From Podarcis liolepis (Eukaryota): a stretch of DNA of 64,000 nucleotides. How positions within the stretch are numbered: the first letter of the stretch is position 1; every line of letters starts with the position of its first letter. The position numbers and the translations under genes are program-made. A model generated the notes under the pieces. It had not been told where the DNA came from. It did no database searches and was given only the letters and a program-made list of their open reading frames with translations. Below are positions 1 to 12,251 of the stretch, piece by piece. The stretch lies in the NCBI GenBank assembly GCA_965112155.1, contig OZ218103.1. One strand, written 5' to 3'.

Positions 1-32
1 TGGACCTGATGGGCACGAAAGCTTTGGGAAAG
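1..32 (+). CDS. SLC26A9: SLC26A9 anion channel/transporter, STAS-domain exon (5'-truncated by window edge)
   Basis: Reads (V)DLMGTKALGK, matching the SLC26A9 STAS motif VDLMGIKALAK; GTCAGT donor at 33. Confidence 0.9.
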
Positions 33-619
33 GTCAGTTTTCCTCTTGGTTCCACCTCCTGTTTATTTCTGTGACGCTGCACTGCGTACTGAATTTCTTC
101 TCTTTAAAACTTCCCGTTGAGCTCTCTTAAGGAGTTTTAATAACAAGAGCTGCAATAGTCTTATTTTTAAGAAAAGTTGGCAGGCACAGGGTAGCATTAG
201 GTTCGTTTCAGCTAGTTGTAAACACTGCCAGATAAGCAATCAGAACAAGATGCTGAATCCAAGGAACACAGGTCAATTCCCAGAAACAGACTGTGACCCT
301 TGCACTCCTCCTACAGATCTCCTTCTGCTGCACTATTCAAAGCTCAGCCATTGTTTACTGAGCCTGAAAATTTGGTGATTCCCATTGCTGTTCCAGGGTT
401 ACACATTGCATCAGTATCACCTGAGCTAAGCACTTTTGAAAATGCAGTGCTACATAGTTTGGTGTCTGTCCCCCCACATGACACTGGAAGTGTTATTATG
501 CTAATATACCATGTCTTGAATTTGTAGTGCATCCTAAATTCATGGACTCTCAGATTTCGTGTTGTAAAAGCTAAGAATGTACTCTCTTTCCCTCCCCCAC
601 CCCCGGTCTCCTCATATAG

Positions 620-674
620 CTGTGCACCAACTATCAGAGGATTGGGATTCAAGTATTTCTGGCAAATGTACAAG
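620..674 (+). CDS. SLC26A9: SLC26A9 STAS exon
   Basis: TAG acceptor, LCTNYQRIGIQVFLANVQ, GTAGGT donor; phase 0 to phase 1, compatible with both neighbours. Confidence 0.93.
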
Positions 675-2259
675 GTAGGTCTATTGCTCTTTGTACCATA
701 TTTTCTCTATCTTCCATTTTGAGGGCCTTGAAAATGGGCAGAATAACTGCTGGAAGAAATAAATAAATATATTGCATGTGAAACACATTACCATCTTCAT
801 ATTAATTGCAAAAATCTAGGTACTATACAAATTTACAAGTGCTGTTCTGTAGTGTAGCATGGGGACTGAGCAGGTATTTAATAATGCAGCAATACCACAA
901 ATCAAATTCAAACATCACTGAGCAATGCCCTCCGACTTTTTATATATATGCAAAGTAGCCTTGGAGGCTGCCAGGCTATTTGTCACTTCAAAATTTGCTT
1001 TCACCAATCTGTTTTTCTTCCTGTGGGTGAAAAGATACTCATGTACCCTATATCTCCCATGATTGGCAAAACAGCTGGAGGGGTGGTTATAAAAAGACAT
1101 ATTGCTGTATGTGGAAGGGTTAAACAGGTCTACAAATCAGGGGAAGAATCACACAACTGAAACTGGTTGTTGCATGTAGTTTCTGTCCCTCTAGTAGTAT
1201 TAAATATCCAATGTGAATTGGTTTTGTATCAGTTTCCTGGTGTAAACTCCTTGTTCCATTGTAGTTGCTTTAGCCAGCTAAAGGGTTCAGGGCATGACAA
1301 TTCATAACAAAGCCTGTTTGTAGCCAGCAGAAAAGACACACAATGCTTAAAAAATAAATAAATCACACAACAGCATATGAAGAGGCAGGTATAAGAGACT
1401 TACATGATTAAGGGGTTGGTGTTTTCTTCTGTTTCACTGCATTAATTTTAGATTCAGGGTTGTGTTTTTCTGAAATCATTAGGCATTGCTAATGGTTGTA
1501 AATGTGTGACTTTACTTAACCATAAGGGTTACGATTATACCTCAGATTTCTTGAACTTGATTGTTCTTGGAAATAGCATGCAATTGATATGTCAAAGCAG
1601 CTTAAAGCTGGAAGATGGAAACACAGAGGAGGGGTGACACTTCTACTGAGGCAAAAGTATAGGGTATTTTTTTCATGATTGCAATTCAACCCACATTTTA
1701 ACTTAATAAACATATGAAATCATGTTTATTCAAGAATTATGAAATTTCCTTAAGAGTGTTATGATAATGGTGGTGAAAATAATGAATTACTCTACATATT
1801 GGAGCTTGGGATAGGGTTCTAAATAATGTGAGTCTCCAGATCTTAGAGATTTAATGACACAGTGACTCTTTCTATACCACTTCTTGCCCCGGAAAAAAAT
1901 ATTTTGCCAACATATGACATGAACCAGCTGCTTCCAAGTGTACAGCTGTGGGGGGGGAACATTTCCCAACAAAGAACCTGCAGTCCCCCTTAGTACTCTA
2001 GCTCAATCCATTAACATTTTGAGCTTCAAATTCAAACAGCAATAGGGCGTCATCCTAGTTCCATATACTTGTGTCTGATTCTTAGCAATTGCAACAGGCC
2101 CTATGGGCTTTAAATATTATCATTTTGCATTACATAGGCCTTCTACCTATTATTCTCCCTCACAAATCTAGTGTATAGGAAATGCCCTGACACAAATAAT
2201 TTTCCAGCACACAGCTCCTGCTTGCAGTTTAGTCTATATAACTTTGTCTCCTTCGTTAG

Positions 2260-2405
2260 CCCAAGTGTATGATGATATCCGCACGGGGGGAGTCTTCGAA
2301 GAAGGAGGTCTTGAGCCCAGTCATCTCTTCGTGACCATCCATGATGCTGTTTTGTTTGCAACAATGAATGGAAACAGAGCCACACAGCGTCCTGGCTTAC
2401 AGCAG
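2260..2405 (+). CDS. SLC26A9: SLC26A9 exon, end of STAS domain
   Basis: AQVYDDIRTGGVFEEGGLEPSHLFVTIHDAVLFATMNGNRATQRPGLQQ contains the SLC26 signature F-x-T/S-IHDAV; AG/GT boundaries. Confidence 0.95.
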
Positions 2406-2547
2406 GTAAAGATGATTCACTGTCTCTTCGCTCTTTTTGCCACATATGTGCAGCTCTGTGCACGTGTGTTTAATACTCTTCTGCTTCCTTTCGGACATTG
2501 CCTTAGTGGTTATGAATCAGATTGGCTAATAGGCTTTTTCTTTTCTT

Positions 2548-2735
2548 ACACTTTGATCCCGCCCTTTCTCCAAGAAGCTCAAGACGGCATACACAGTCCT
2601 CCACTCTTTATAACCCTGTTAAGTAGGTTAGGCTGAGGGTTGTTGACTGGCCTAAAGTCACCCAGTGAGTTTCATGGCTGAGGGGAGATTTGAACTTGTG
2701 TCTCTGCAGTTTTAGTCCTACACTGTAACCAGTAT
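2548..2735 (-). mobile_element. Old tRNA-derived CORE/Squam3-like SINE remnant
   Basis: Reverse-complement similarity to the copy at 52228-52392 (B-box, CTCAGCCATGAAACTCACTG core). Confidence 0.5.
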
Positions 2736-4706
2736 AGTATGTATGAATGCAGCCAAACTTTCTGCCCTCTATTGTTCACCACCACTAACAGACTCACAGC
2801 CCTCCACCTCACCACTGGAGATCCTATAATCAATTGCTCCTCCGTTCATCAGATACTGTACACCTATTTTCAAGCCTAGCTTTGCACCTGTTAGCAACTT
2901 TTTTTTAAAAAAAGAAAAATGCTAATATTCTTTCTGCCCCAACAGACTCTGAAGAGGAGGGGAATGAGACAACAGGCTCCTTTTAGTCATTAGAAAGACA
3001 TAGCTGAGTGTCTGGTCAATGGGTGTGTGTTGGTGTGCTAGATTTGCGGACAAGGGCTGCAAGCTGCCCTGACTACTTTTCCATTCTGGACTCATTTTAT
3101 CCAGCCTGAGTCTTGAGAGAAGTTAGTGGTCTGCTCTTCCTGGAAACCTGTCACAGATGACTAAGTTTGAAAAATGAAAAACAAAACAAAACATGAAGTT
3201 GTTAGCGGTCCAGTCTAAATGTAATGGGCAAAATCTGTTTGGATTTGGATAGGTGCAAATAAAGAAATATTAAGTATGGTGGGTGGCAGAAAGCAAGGAC
3301 TAGACATGGTGGCATGTTAAATCGCCCCATATCTCAGTTCTGTGTTCATGCACAGATATAGACAGCAAATCTATACAGTTCAGTGGTTCGTCTAAATGGA
3401 ATGCTGCCTGGGCAGACAGGCAAGTTGCAGAGGTCATTCTGGTTTTGTGCTTCTTTCTCTCTAGAAGCCTTCACAGGTTGGCTTTTAAAAAATGCCTATG
3501 GAATTGTGGGGAAGAGCTCCAAATGAAGATCAGCAATTGATTCTGCTAACTCTTGTGGAGATAAAAGTATTAACTGGCCTCCCAGATCAAATAAACTCAC
3601 TACCAACAAATAACTTTATCTCATATGGACTGAGCTTTAGCTTATTGGTCATTACTAATCTCAAACACTGATGCACCATGCCTGCCACCTCAATGTATCT
3701 GGTTAAAAGGAGAAATAGAGCTGGGTGTCATAAGCATATTGATGACACCTCACTCTATTAACTTGCAACTAAATGTATGAACTGATTCTACAAAAACATT
3801 GTATATGAAGAGAGGAAAGATGAATACTATGGTTTTGATCAGTAGCAAAATGGCTCATTCAGACTTGCAAATTGCCACTCGATGCTGCACTTATCAAGTT
3901 ATAATCATGCATGTGTGTCAGTCTGCAAAGCAAACCTGTGTTGCATGCAACAAACTAGCACACAGACATTTTTTAAAAATAAAATAAAGAACACCCCATC
4001 ATTTTATATCTAGCTGCTAAGCTCATGGGGTAATCATGGTCTTGGTTTCCTTATTTGCATTTCTTTGCTTGATAAAGAACTTGTTGACCCAGCCTTCAGC
4101 TGACATGATGGAACACCTAATCATTGCTGTATGGCAACTGCTATTTGCTCCTAAGAGATTTGTTGAAGGTGAAATCATCTGGTTATCATTTGGATATGGG
4201 GCAAAGGACTAAGTCCTTGTTCCACCGTGAGGCTGGGTCTAGCTCCTGAGGCATGATAGGAGGCAGATACGTGGGGGCTGGGCAATATTTTTAGAAGCCT
4301 GTCCTGAACCACACACAGATATTTGTGTCTACAACATTCATGAAAGATGTTTGTGTACCTTCTATTTTTCAAACTTCCAACGATTGCCACTCCACTCACA
4401 CCCTTAACAAATGCTATTTGAATGCATTGACCCTTCCAAGAACAACTTGAAGTGCCATCACATCATCCAAATGCCACTGAAACCAAACTATTCACAGAAC
4501 CCTTGTCTCACTCTTACAAGACTTTTAGTACTTGGGAATGAATACATTAACACAACAAAATACATGTGTGGTATATGTCAACCATAAGGGTTTTTGTGTG
4601 GGCACATTACTGTTTAATGAATTTGCATAAACTGTTCCTTATACAATCTAGAAAATAAAAAAATTCCTTCCAGTAGCACCTTAAAGACCAACTAAGTTAG
4701 TTCTTG

Positions 4707-4744
4707 GTATGAGCTTTCGTGTGCATGCACACTTCTTCAGATAC
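4707..4744 (-). ncRNA. Identical hammerhead ribozyme copy on the opposite strand
   Basis: Exact reverse complement of 4970-5007 within the left inverted arm. Confidence 0.7.
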
Positions 4745-4969
4745 ACTGAAACAGAAGTTGCCAGATCCTTCTATATAGTGAGAAGGTGGGATGAGCCTGT
4801 TGATGACTCTTAACGACTGCAATAGGTCTTACAGGAAAAGGCAGTCGTTAAGAGTCGTCAACAGGCTCATCTCAGCTATCTGCCAATCACCCATTCCCAC
4901 CACCCTTCTGAGTAATACCCCTCCCCACCTTCTCACTATATAGAAGGATCTGGCAACTTCTGTTTCAGT

Positions 4970-5007
4970 GTATCTGAAGAAGTGTGCATGCACACGAAAG
5001 CTCATAC
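4970..5007 (+). ncRNA. Minimal type I hammerhead ribozyme (PLE-associated)
   Basis: GTAT-CTGAAGA-A-GTGTGCATGCACAC-GAA-AGCT-C-ATAC: stem I GTAT/ATAC, CUGANGA box, palindromic stem II, GAAA box, palindromic AGCT stem III, cleavage predicted after C5003. Confidence 0.72.
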
Positions 5008-5235
5008 CAAGAACTAACTTAGTTGGTCTTTAAGGTGCTACTGGAAGGAATTTTTTTATTTTGACTATGGCAGACCAACACGGCTACCTATCTGAATCTA
5101 GAAAATGTTTGAGGAACTTGCTGACATGTAGGTACATGCCAGAACAGTGTAACAAAGCACTACAAACATGTTGCAGTGCCTACAAATAACAATTATACCC
5201 CATGTTACAATACAATAAATATTTATTACTTGTAG

Positions 5236-5410
5236 CTATAGGCCATTGCAAAGAGGGGAGAGTACAACTGGAAACTCGGGGAAGGGAGAGAGCTCTTGAG
5301 CGTGGGTCCTGCTTGCATGCTTCCCACAGGCATCTAGTTGACCACTGTGAGAACAGGATGCTGGACTAGATGGCTCATTGGCCTGATCCAGCAGCCTCTT
5401 CTTATGTTCA
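5236..5410 (+). mobile_element. CR1 LINE 3' end remnant
   Basis: GAACAGGATGCTGGACTAGATGG...CCTGATCCAGCAG...TTCTTATGTTC tail; similar copies at 59680-60022, about 8470-8527 (-) and about 52535-52680 (-). Confidence 0.6.
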
Positions 5411-5671
5411 TGACCATAATGTTTGCAGCAGCAGCTGAAAAAGTACACAACAGATCCTGTATATACTGTCTATTACTGCAACACATAGGGGAGATCATCT
5501 TAAATACATATATATTGAGCTGTCCCCTTGCTAGCATTTGTATTGGTAATTAAATCTTTTAGAGTCTTGTGCTGACCTTTGGTTTTAAACAAATAAATGG
5601 CTGACTAGCAACATTATCATGTTTTTTTAGCTTGCAAACAATAACTGGTGATTTGTCATGCTTCCATACAG

Positions 5672-5749
5672 AGGTCAAGTCAGATAGAAGTCTCTATCTC
5701 TGATGAATCACTGGAAGACAGCAGCGCTGAATTCCAAAACTTAGAAGAG
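5672..5749 (+). CDS. SLC26A9: SLC26A9 penultimate coding exon
   Basis: CAG acceptor, RSSQIEVSISDESLEDSSAEFQNLEE, GTAAGT donor, phase 0-0. Confidence 0.88.
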
Positions 5750-5876
5750 GTAAGTTAGAAGAAAAATGTGGTATTAAGTGAAATGTCTGAGCGCTCATTC
5801 TTCTTAGTACATTTCTGGCCTGTTACTAGTATTCTCAGCATCAGCTACTCTAACCCAAATCCTTTTTTTCTCCTAG

Positions 5877-5924
5877 GAAATGTTTGGAAGCATTTTTCAT
5901 TCGGATGCACAGACAGCACTGTGA
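5877..5924 (+). CDS. SLC26A9: SLC26A9 last coding exon with class I PDZ ligand
   Basis: EMFGSIFHSDAQTAL-stop, matching the recalled SLC26A9 C-terminus EMFGSMFHAETLTAL; candidate AATAAA at 6936 and 8095. Confidence 0.95.
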   Translation, partial: EMFGSIFHSDAQTAL

Positions 5925-8528
5925 GCTCATGAGAAACACTCATATGATGTCAAACTTCTTGACCAAGACATTACTTTATGAGGAGATGTCCCTGTGTCTG
6001 AATAGCAAGGAAAATAGCCTTTATGCATTTTTGGAATGGGACCATTGGTGCTTTTGCATCCCAGAGGCTTCTGAACTGATGATCTCTTCTGCCTCCATTC
6101 ATCTCTGGTTATTGAAATGCAGAGCAATCGATTCTTGAAGCAGTTGGCATGGGCAACAGACAGAGAACCTCAGGGAATATTCTTCATCTATCTAGAAGAA
6201 GCAGAAGAATAGCAGGACTATAATGACTTCTCTCTAGGCCTCATCCCGCACTTCAAGCAATTCTTATGAACCCTTCAGGATGTATCTAGCATACACACGT
6301 AGCCAGGAACTCTCAGTCATCACCCTTGTTTTTATTAAGAGAAATATGAGGAAAAGCAGAGAATATATGATTGATCAACAGACACAACTGCTCATAAGGT
6401 GTAGTTATTTGGGGTTTGTAAGGGGACATTTGCTTCCAAAGTGTGAACTGATTTTATAGAGTTCACACTAAAATTAAGCATGTCTCTGAAGATGTTGCCC
6501 AATTATTCATCTGCTTTCATCACTACAGCCTAATACAGCACTCTTTGTTTCTATGGTCTAAATGCACCACCAGTATGTTTAGTGACCATCCATCATTTCT
6601 TGAAATATGTGCTGTATTTGCTGTGGTACTGAGCCTTATCAAGCTACTGCCTAGAAGTAATGTTGCATTCTCTATTACAACTCCCCATTTTTAAAGGACA
6701 GTTCTGTTCAGGGGTAGGTGTGTGTGTAAATTACTTTCTATAGGAATTACATGCATAGAGAGACCCTTTCAGAGTGCTTTGAATCCAAAAACTGGAACTG
6801 TCTTTTGACTGCTGCTTCTACCTTGTGTCTAGAAACTGCAAGATAATAGCTACTTGCACAGTATTTTGGTGCTTTAGTTTCCTGTTCTCAATAACTAAAC
6901 ATTTAGAAAACATTCAGCTTAAGTTCATATTGAGAAATAAACAAAGCTTCTGAAGGGGCCAATTTTCCTGGACCTGTTTGCCAATCCCATACATATTCTG
7001 TATGGGATAAAAGGATAAATTGTACCTCTTAAATACTATATTGAAAATACTCAGATTGCAGTCTACTCAATGCTTAGACTTCACCTCATATGCAATTTTG
7101 GTTGGAGGACTCTAACTTGATTTACAGGACAAAGTTCAAGGGCAGCGTTTGGTTTATTGATCCCTCTCAAACTGTGTTAATCTTTGCAAACATTCTCGTG
7201 GATTTTCTTTAACGTGTGTCACAGATGGGGAGAATCTACCTCTCAGGCAGACCTGCCTGACTAGTTAACCTAGAAGAAGTTGTCTTTTTAAATTTTATTT
7301 TGTAAATGCGAATTAATTTTTATATAAAAATGTGAATGATGCAAATGATGTTTTAGTTTTCTGTTGTAATTCCTTCTTGCAGCCCCAAGGTGTTGAATAT
7401 GTAATGCCTATGACTTAAGGTTAAATGTTCTAAAGTAAATGCTAAGCCTAAGATATACAGCACAAGCCAAAGAACATGAAAAAAACAAACCACATAAAAG
7501 GCTGGCCATTCTGATGCGGCACTGTGCTGAAATAAGCCATAGTTTGGTTCATCGTGTCTTCTGAACCCAGACTCATGGTTTATCACTCTCCAGAATAACC
7601 ATCAGTTGAATCCAAAGCTTGTCCTATGGTTTACTGCTTGTGTTTTGTCTGCCATAGCTAAATCACAAGCCCAGGTTAAGACAATACACAAAGTCAAACT
7701 ATGGCTTAACTCAGCGCAGCACAGCAGCAAAACAACAAGAGAGAGTAAAGCAACTGCAGTCTTCTCTTCCAAAGGCCACACACACACACTTGGGCATGCA
7801 CACTGAGATGTGGTTTGGCTTAAGTGTGACATGTGAACCAGGTGAGGGGTGGGGGTGCAATCAAACCACTTAGGAGTTTCCAAAGAAAATAAAAAATAAG
7901 AACTGGAAATGAAAATAACTTGAAACAGAAATAAAATTATCTCCCCCCACCCCAAAAGGTACATTTTTCTAACTAGTGGAAAATCAGAGATTTCAAATGT
8001 GTGCTTAATGTAGATGATTTTGGAACTTTAAAAATATATTGTTTTAAAGATGCATCCAAGTGTTTGTTTAACTCTTATAATTGTCTTAAACAATAATAAA
8101 AAAATGAGATGTAATCTGAATAAGATAATGCAGCTGCATTGTAGCTTCCAGATAAATGATGCCCAGCTTGCAAAAAAACCCAAAACTTCATGAATCATCT
8201 ACTGTGGGCAAAAATATCTTGGATTACAACATCCAAGTTTCCTTAGTTTCATTCTGCATAATAACTCATCCCCAGAGGCACGTATAAACAGAGGTGGTGG
8301 GGTTTGTTTGTTTTTTTGAAGCCAGGTCCAGTCAAAGGCCCAGCATGCATGCCACATTAAACCAGTTTAAAACAAACTATAGTGAAAGCTCCTCTCCTGC
8401 ACCTGTTGTCCCACCAATTAAACAAAAGTGTACTGCAGAGGATAATAATGATACAATACTGTCTGCATAAAAACATAAAAATCTGCTGGGATAGGTCAAC
8501 GGCCCATCTAGTCCAGCATCCTGTTTGA

Positions 8529-8984
8529 GACCACATAACACAGGTCCTGAAAGACCTACATTGGCACCCAGTAAGTTTCTGAGCACAATTCAAAGTGTTG
8601 GTGTTGACCTTTAAAGCCCTAAACGGCCTCGGTCCTGTATACCTGAAGGAACATCTCCACCCCCATTGTTCTGCCTGGACACTGAGGTCCAGCGCCGAGG
8701 GCCTTCTGGCGGTTCCCTCATTGCGGGAAGCAAAGTTGCAGGGAACCAGGCAGAGGGCCTTTTCAGTTGTGGCACCCACCCTGTGGAACACCCTCCCATC
8801 AGATGTAAAGGAAATAAACAACTCCCTGACTTTTAGAAGACATCTGAAGGCAGCCCTGTTTAGGGTAGTTTTCAATGTTTGATGTTTCATTGTATTTTTA
8901 ATATTTTGTTGGAAGCCGCCCAGAGTGGCTGGGGAAACTGAGCCAGATGGGTGGGGTAGAAATAAATAATAATAATAATAATAA
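8529..8984 (+). mobile_element. L2-clade LINE 3' fragment with (AAT)n tail
   Basis: Translates DHIT.VLKDLHW...FKVLVLTFKALNGLGP...RAFSVVAPTLWN.LP...FRRHLK, typical of the L2 ORF2 C-terminus; the same 3' UTR recurs at about 17290-17380, 46363-46485 and 36520-36590 (-). Confidence 0.85.
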
Positions 8985-10359
8985 TTATTATTATTATTAT
9001 TACTACTACTACCCAAACCAGAGCCCTCAAGTACCATAGCACTACAAAAAGGAGAGGTAGGATTCAGAAGGGAGAAAATTTTATTTTCCCCTTCCCCACC
9101 TCCCTCACAAGCAGCCTAAACAGCACTACAAAACTCCTGTTTCAGGCTGGCTGGAAACTTAACCAAGAGCATCTTTATGGGGCAGATCAAACACACGCAA
9201 ATGCATTAAAAGCAGCTCAGCTTAAAATGGTATAGACAAGTCAGCATACACAGAAAATGATAATTAAAAGAGTTCCAATATAAAAACACCCTGTGAGGAG
9301 ACTTAGAATATTTCTCCAGGTAGGCGTTCCACAATCTTAGTGATGCTGGATAAAAATCTGTGTTTTTAGTACTTACCCAACATGTCTGATTTAAATATAA
9401 ACCACAGAGGAGAGCCTGGGACGATAATCTTAAAATCTAGGTAGGTTCATATGAATCGAGACAGTCCTTTAGGTATCCTTTATAGAATAAGAAAAATATG
9501 ATTTTAAAATAAGTGTGAAAGTACTACACATTTTGACAAGGAGGGTGTTAACTCACACCATCCAACGTATCTGAATACTAACTGCCGTGTAGCAAGAGAA
9601 CTGTATTTTCCCATCAACAGCAGTCTGCATTAGGAAAAGTTTAAATGTCCCCACAATGAAAGCAAGATGTCTGTTCACCCTATAACAGTTACAGCATGGC
9701 AGCAGATTCTCAAAAAAAGAACCATTCTATACAAGTCATCAAGTATGAAGCATACCTGTCCCCACCCCATATTAGATCATATCCATTTAGGGGGAAACAA
9801 TGTTTACCCAATCTATGCAGTCATTAACAGCCCAATCTGTTGTCATGGTACAAGAAATATTTGTACTTGAAATGTACATTCTTGTTTCTATCCCAACTAG
9901 CACCTCAGTAGTCTCGATGTATGCGTTGGTTCTTGAAAGTAAGCCCTAGTTGAATTTACTGTACTTCTCTTTTGACTCTGAATATTAGGGATACAATCCC
10001 TCCAAGTACTAGGTTAATACCAGCTCTTTACCTACAGCATTGCCCAAAAATAATCTCCAACCTTGCTGATAAAGACTGGCTTCCATGTTGAATACCTCAT
10101 CCATTCTAAACAATGTGCAGACCAGGTTTTTCACCATGCCCAGGAATACCTCCGTCCCGCAACCACCCCCTAGTTCCAGAAGTTCTGGGGTTCTAGAAAT
10201 CTCGTTTGCTACTCTCTAGTATTTTTGATGGTCCTCATAAAGATATTAACAACTTTGCTTCTTTGCACCCCCCCCCATGGACCCACACAGCTATTTTCAC
10301 TCTTTATTGGGCAGCGCAATCCTATGCATGCCACCTTTACTCAGAAGCAAGCACCACTA

Positions 10360-10579
10360 CAGGGCCAGCCCAAGACATTGTGGCACCTGGTGCAAACCAA
10401 ACATAGTCATGTGTGCCCTGCCAGGAAGAGGAATACTGAGCTCTACATCAGGAGCAGGCAGCAAGTGAAGATCTCCATATGATGCATTCCTTGGGAGGCC
10501 GGATCTGCTGCTCCTGGCAATCCTGTCCGTCCCCCGCAGTCACCTTACCTTGCCTCATGAGAGGCCCTGCCTTGCCCTG
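10360..10579. mobile_element. Degenerate non-autonomous hAT-like element upstream of PM20D1
   Basis: CAGGGC...GCCCTG termini; interrupts a short palindromic repeat (10311-10359 / 10580-10645). Confidence 0.45.
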
Positions 10580-10699
10580 CCCCAATGTGTTCAATGGGAC
10601 TTATTCCCAGGTAATTGTGAATGGCAGCAGCCTTAGGATTGCAACATACTGCTCTCCTTCCCCATTTTTTTTTAACACCAAGAAGAGCTGCTGCAATCC

Positions 10700-11340
10700 C
10701 AAACGCGGCCGATATTACGCAGGCACACGCTTGTGTTGCCTAGCCATTTTTTATTATTTTAGGAGGGAGCCGAGTCCCACTGAAATCTCGAGGAGCTCGG
10801 TAAACGCTTCGAGCCCACACCGGCGGGGAGTCTTGTGATGAGTAACCAGCTCCATTAATGATTCGCAGGGGGACGCGCCGATCTCCGAGGGGCCCCGAGC
10901 TGCGGCCAGAAGGCGCCAAGATGGCGGCGCTGAGCGGCCGAGCGCGAGGGGCTCTCTGGGTGGCTTTACTGGCGCTGTGCGGGACTGTGCTGGCCCTGCT
11001 GGCCGTCGTCCTGGCCCGGACCTACGCCCCGCGAAGCCCCGCGCCGGCTCCGGAGCTTTGGGCGCGGAGGAGCCGGCAGCAGCGCCTGGAGCCCGCGTTT
11101 AGTCCCCAAGAGCGGCGAGAGCTCAAAGAGGCGCTGCAAGGTAAACTCAACACAAGTCAATAAAATGGGTCGAGGGGCCGAAGATGCAGCGGTGACGACT
11201 GCGGGAGCTGCTTCCCTCAGAGTAAAAGTTGCACGGCTCCTAAGGAAGAGGGTGCAGGAGGGGCAAAGCAGCGTTGCCGTTTGGGGCACAGTTCGGCAGA
11301 ATGAGAAGAAGGGTCGCCAAACGTAGCTGGGCTGCACACT
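10700..11340 (+). promoter_or_regulatory. CpG island / promoter of PM20D1
   Basis: Sharp local rise in GC and CpG density around the PM20D1 start codon in otherwise CpG-depleted DNA. Confidence 0.8.
10921..11140 (+). CDS. PM20D1: PM20D1 exon 1 (N-fatty-acyl amino acid synthase/hydrolase, M20 family); signal/anchor segment
   Basis: Strong Kozak (AAGATGG), hydrophobic N-terminus, ends ...ELKEALQG with a phase 1 GT donor. Confidence 0.93.
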
Positions 11341-11911
11341 GCCTCATTTTGAAGTAAAGTACATAATGCAAGTCAAACATGGGAGCCTGGGGCTCCAGGG
11401 GTCGCTGCGGTTCCCATCATTGCTGACCAGCTTTTCTCGCTGGCCGGGGCTGCTGGGGGTTGGAGTTCAGTGGGTCAGCCCCATTTTTCCCTGTCAGATC
11501 TAAACCTCATTTGCACCGCTGGAGCCAAAACGGCGTTTCAGGGTGGGGCAAGTTTCTGTGAGATTTCTGAAAGAGGAATGACGGCATGTTTCACACGGAC
11601 ACCACATTCTCAACTTATTTTCTCTTTGCTCGTTTTGATGGGAGTAACCCTTCCAAGTGAAGCACGCTTAGGATTGCAGCCTCGTTTTAGCTTCCGGTTT
11701 ATGATTCGGTTATCATATTTATGGGGAAACAGCCTTTTCTTCAAGTAACTAAGGGGGTGGGTGTGCATTGTTATTTCGAGGGGGGCGGATTACCCTCTCG
11801 TGCTATACTCGTAGGAGTTCATAATGACTGCATTGTAGGGGGTTGGACTAGATGACTTCTCTTCCAGCTCTACGGTTCTGTGAGTCTTCCCCCCTCCACC
11901 TTCAGCTACTC

Positions 11912-11993
11912 CTGCAATTCTATACACTTATCTGAGAGTAAGTCCCATTAAACTCAGTGGACAAACTTCTGAATATACATACGAAGGTTTGCA
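11912..11993. repeat. About 85-bp imperfect-palindrome interspersed repeat (GCAATCCTA...AGTAAGTCCCATTGAA...TAGGATTGC family)
   Basis: Related copies at about 10311-10645 (split), 46487-46552, 56446-56512 and 60477-60545. Confidence 0.55.
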
Positions 11994-12251
11994 TACCATT
12001 ATAGGGTAATCTACAATGTCTTTCTTTTGAGATCCTTTATTTGCCCTAGTTTCAACCAACCTAGTGTGTGTGGCTTGAGAAAGCAAAGCACTTGTGAAAA
12101 GGCAGAGCATGGACTTGCCATAGTTTCCGAGTTAATGTGGGAATCAAAAGATTTGGTCATGGTCATGATTTTTCAGCCAGCCGTCAATTTGCTGTACTGG
12201 AACAGCCCCCATATTAACATTATAGTAGCTGAATATTTACTGTTCTTTATA

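Larger units (their letters stand above)
4652..5094. mobile_element. Penelope-like retroelement (PLE) fragment with inverted pseudo-LTR, fold-back structure
   Basis: 139-bp inverted arms (4652-4790 / 4924-5062), an unpaired 3' extension, flanking duplication AATCTAGAAAAT (4645 and 5095), and a hammerhead core in each arm. Confidence 0.8.

Noticed and set aside
8960-9010. (AAT)n(TTA)n palindrome as a functional hairpin
   Set aside because: It is the L2 simple-repeat tail abutting an inverted microsatellite; no sign of function.
8357-9037. 226-aa minus-strand ORF
   Set aside because: Antisense reading of an L2 fragment plus microsatellite (poly-N/poly-Y).
10858-10920. Upstream in-frame ATG extending PM20D1 by 21 aa
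   Set aside because: Poor Kozak context (TTAATGA); ATG 10921 has strong context and directly precedes the hydrophobic leader.
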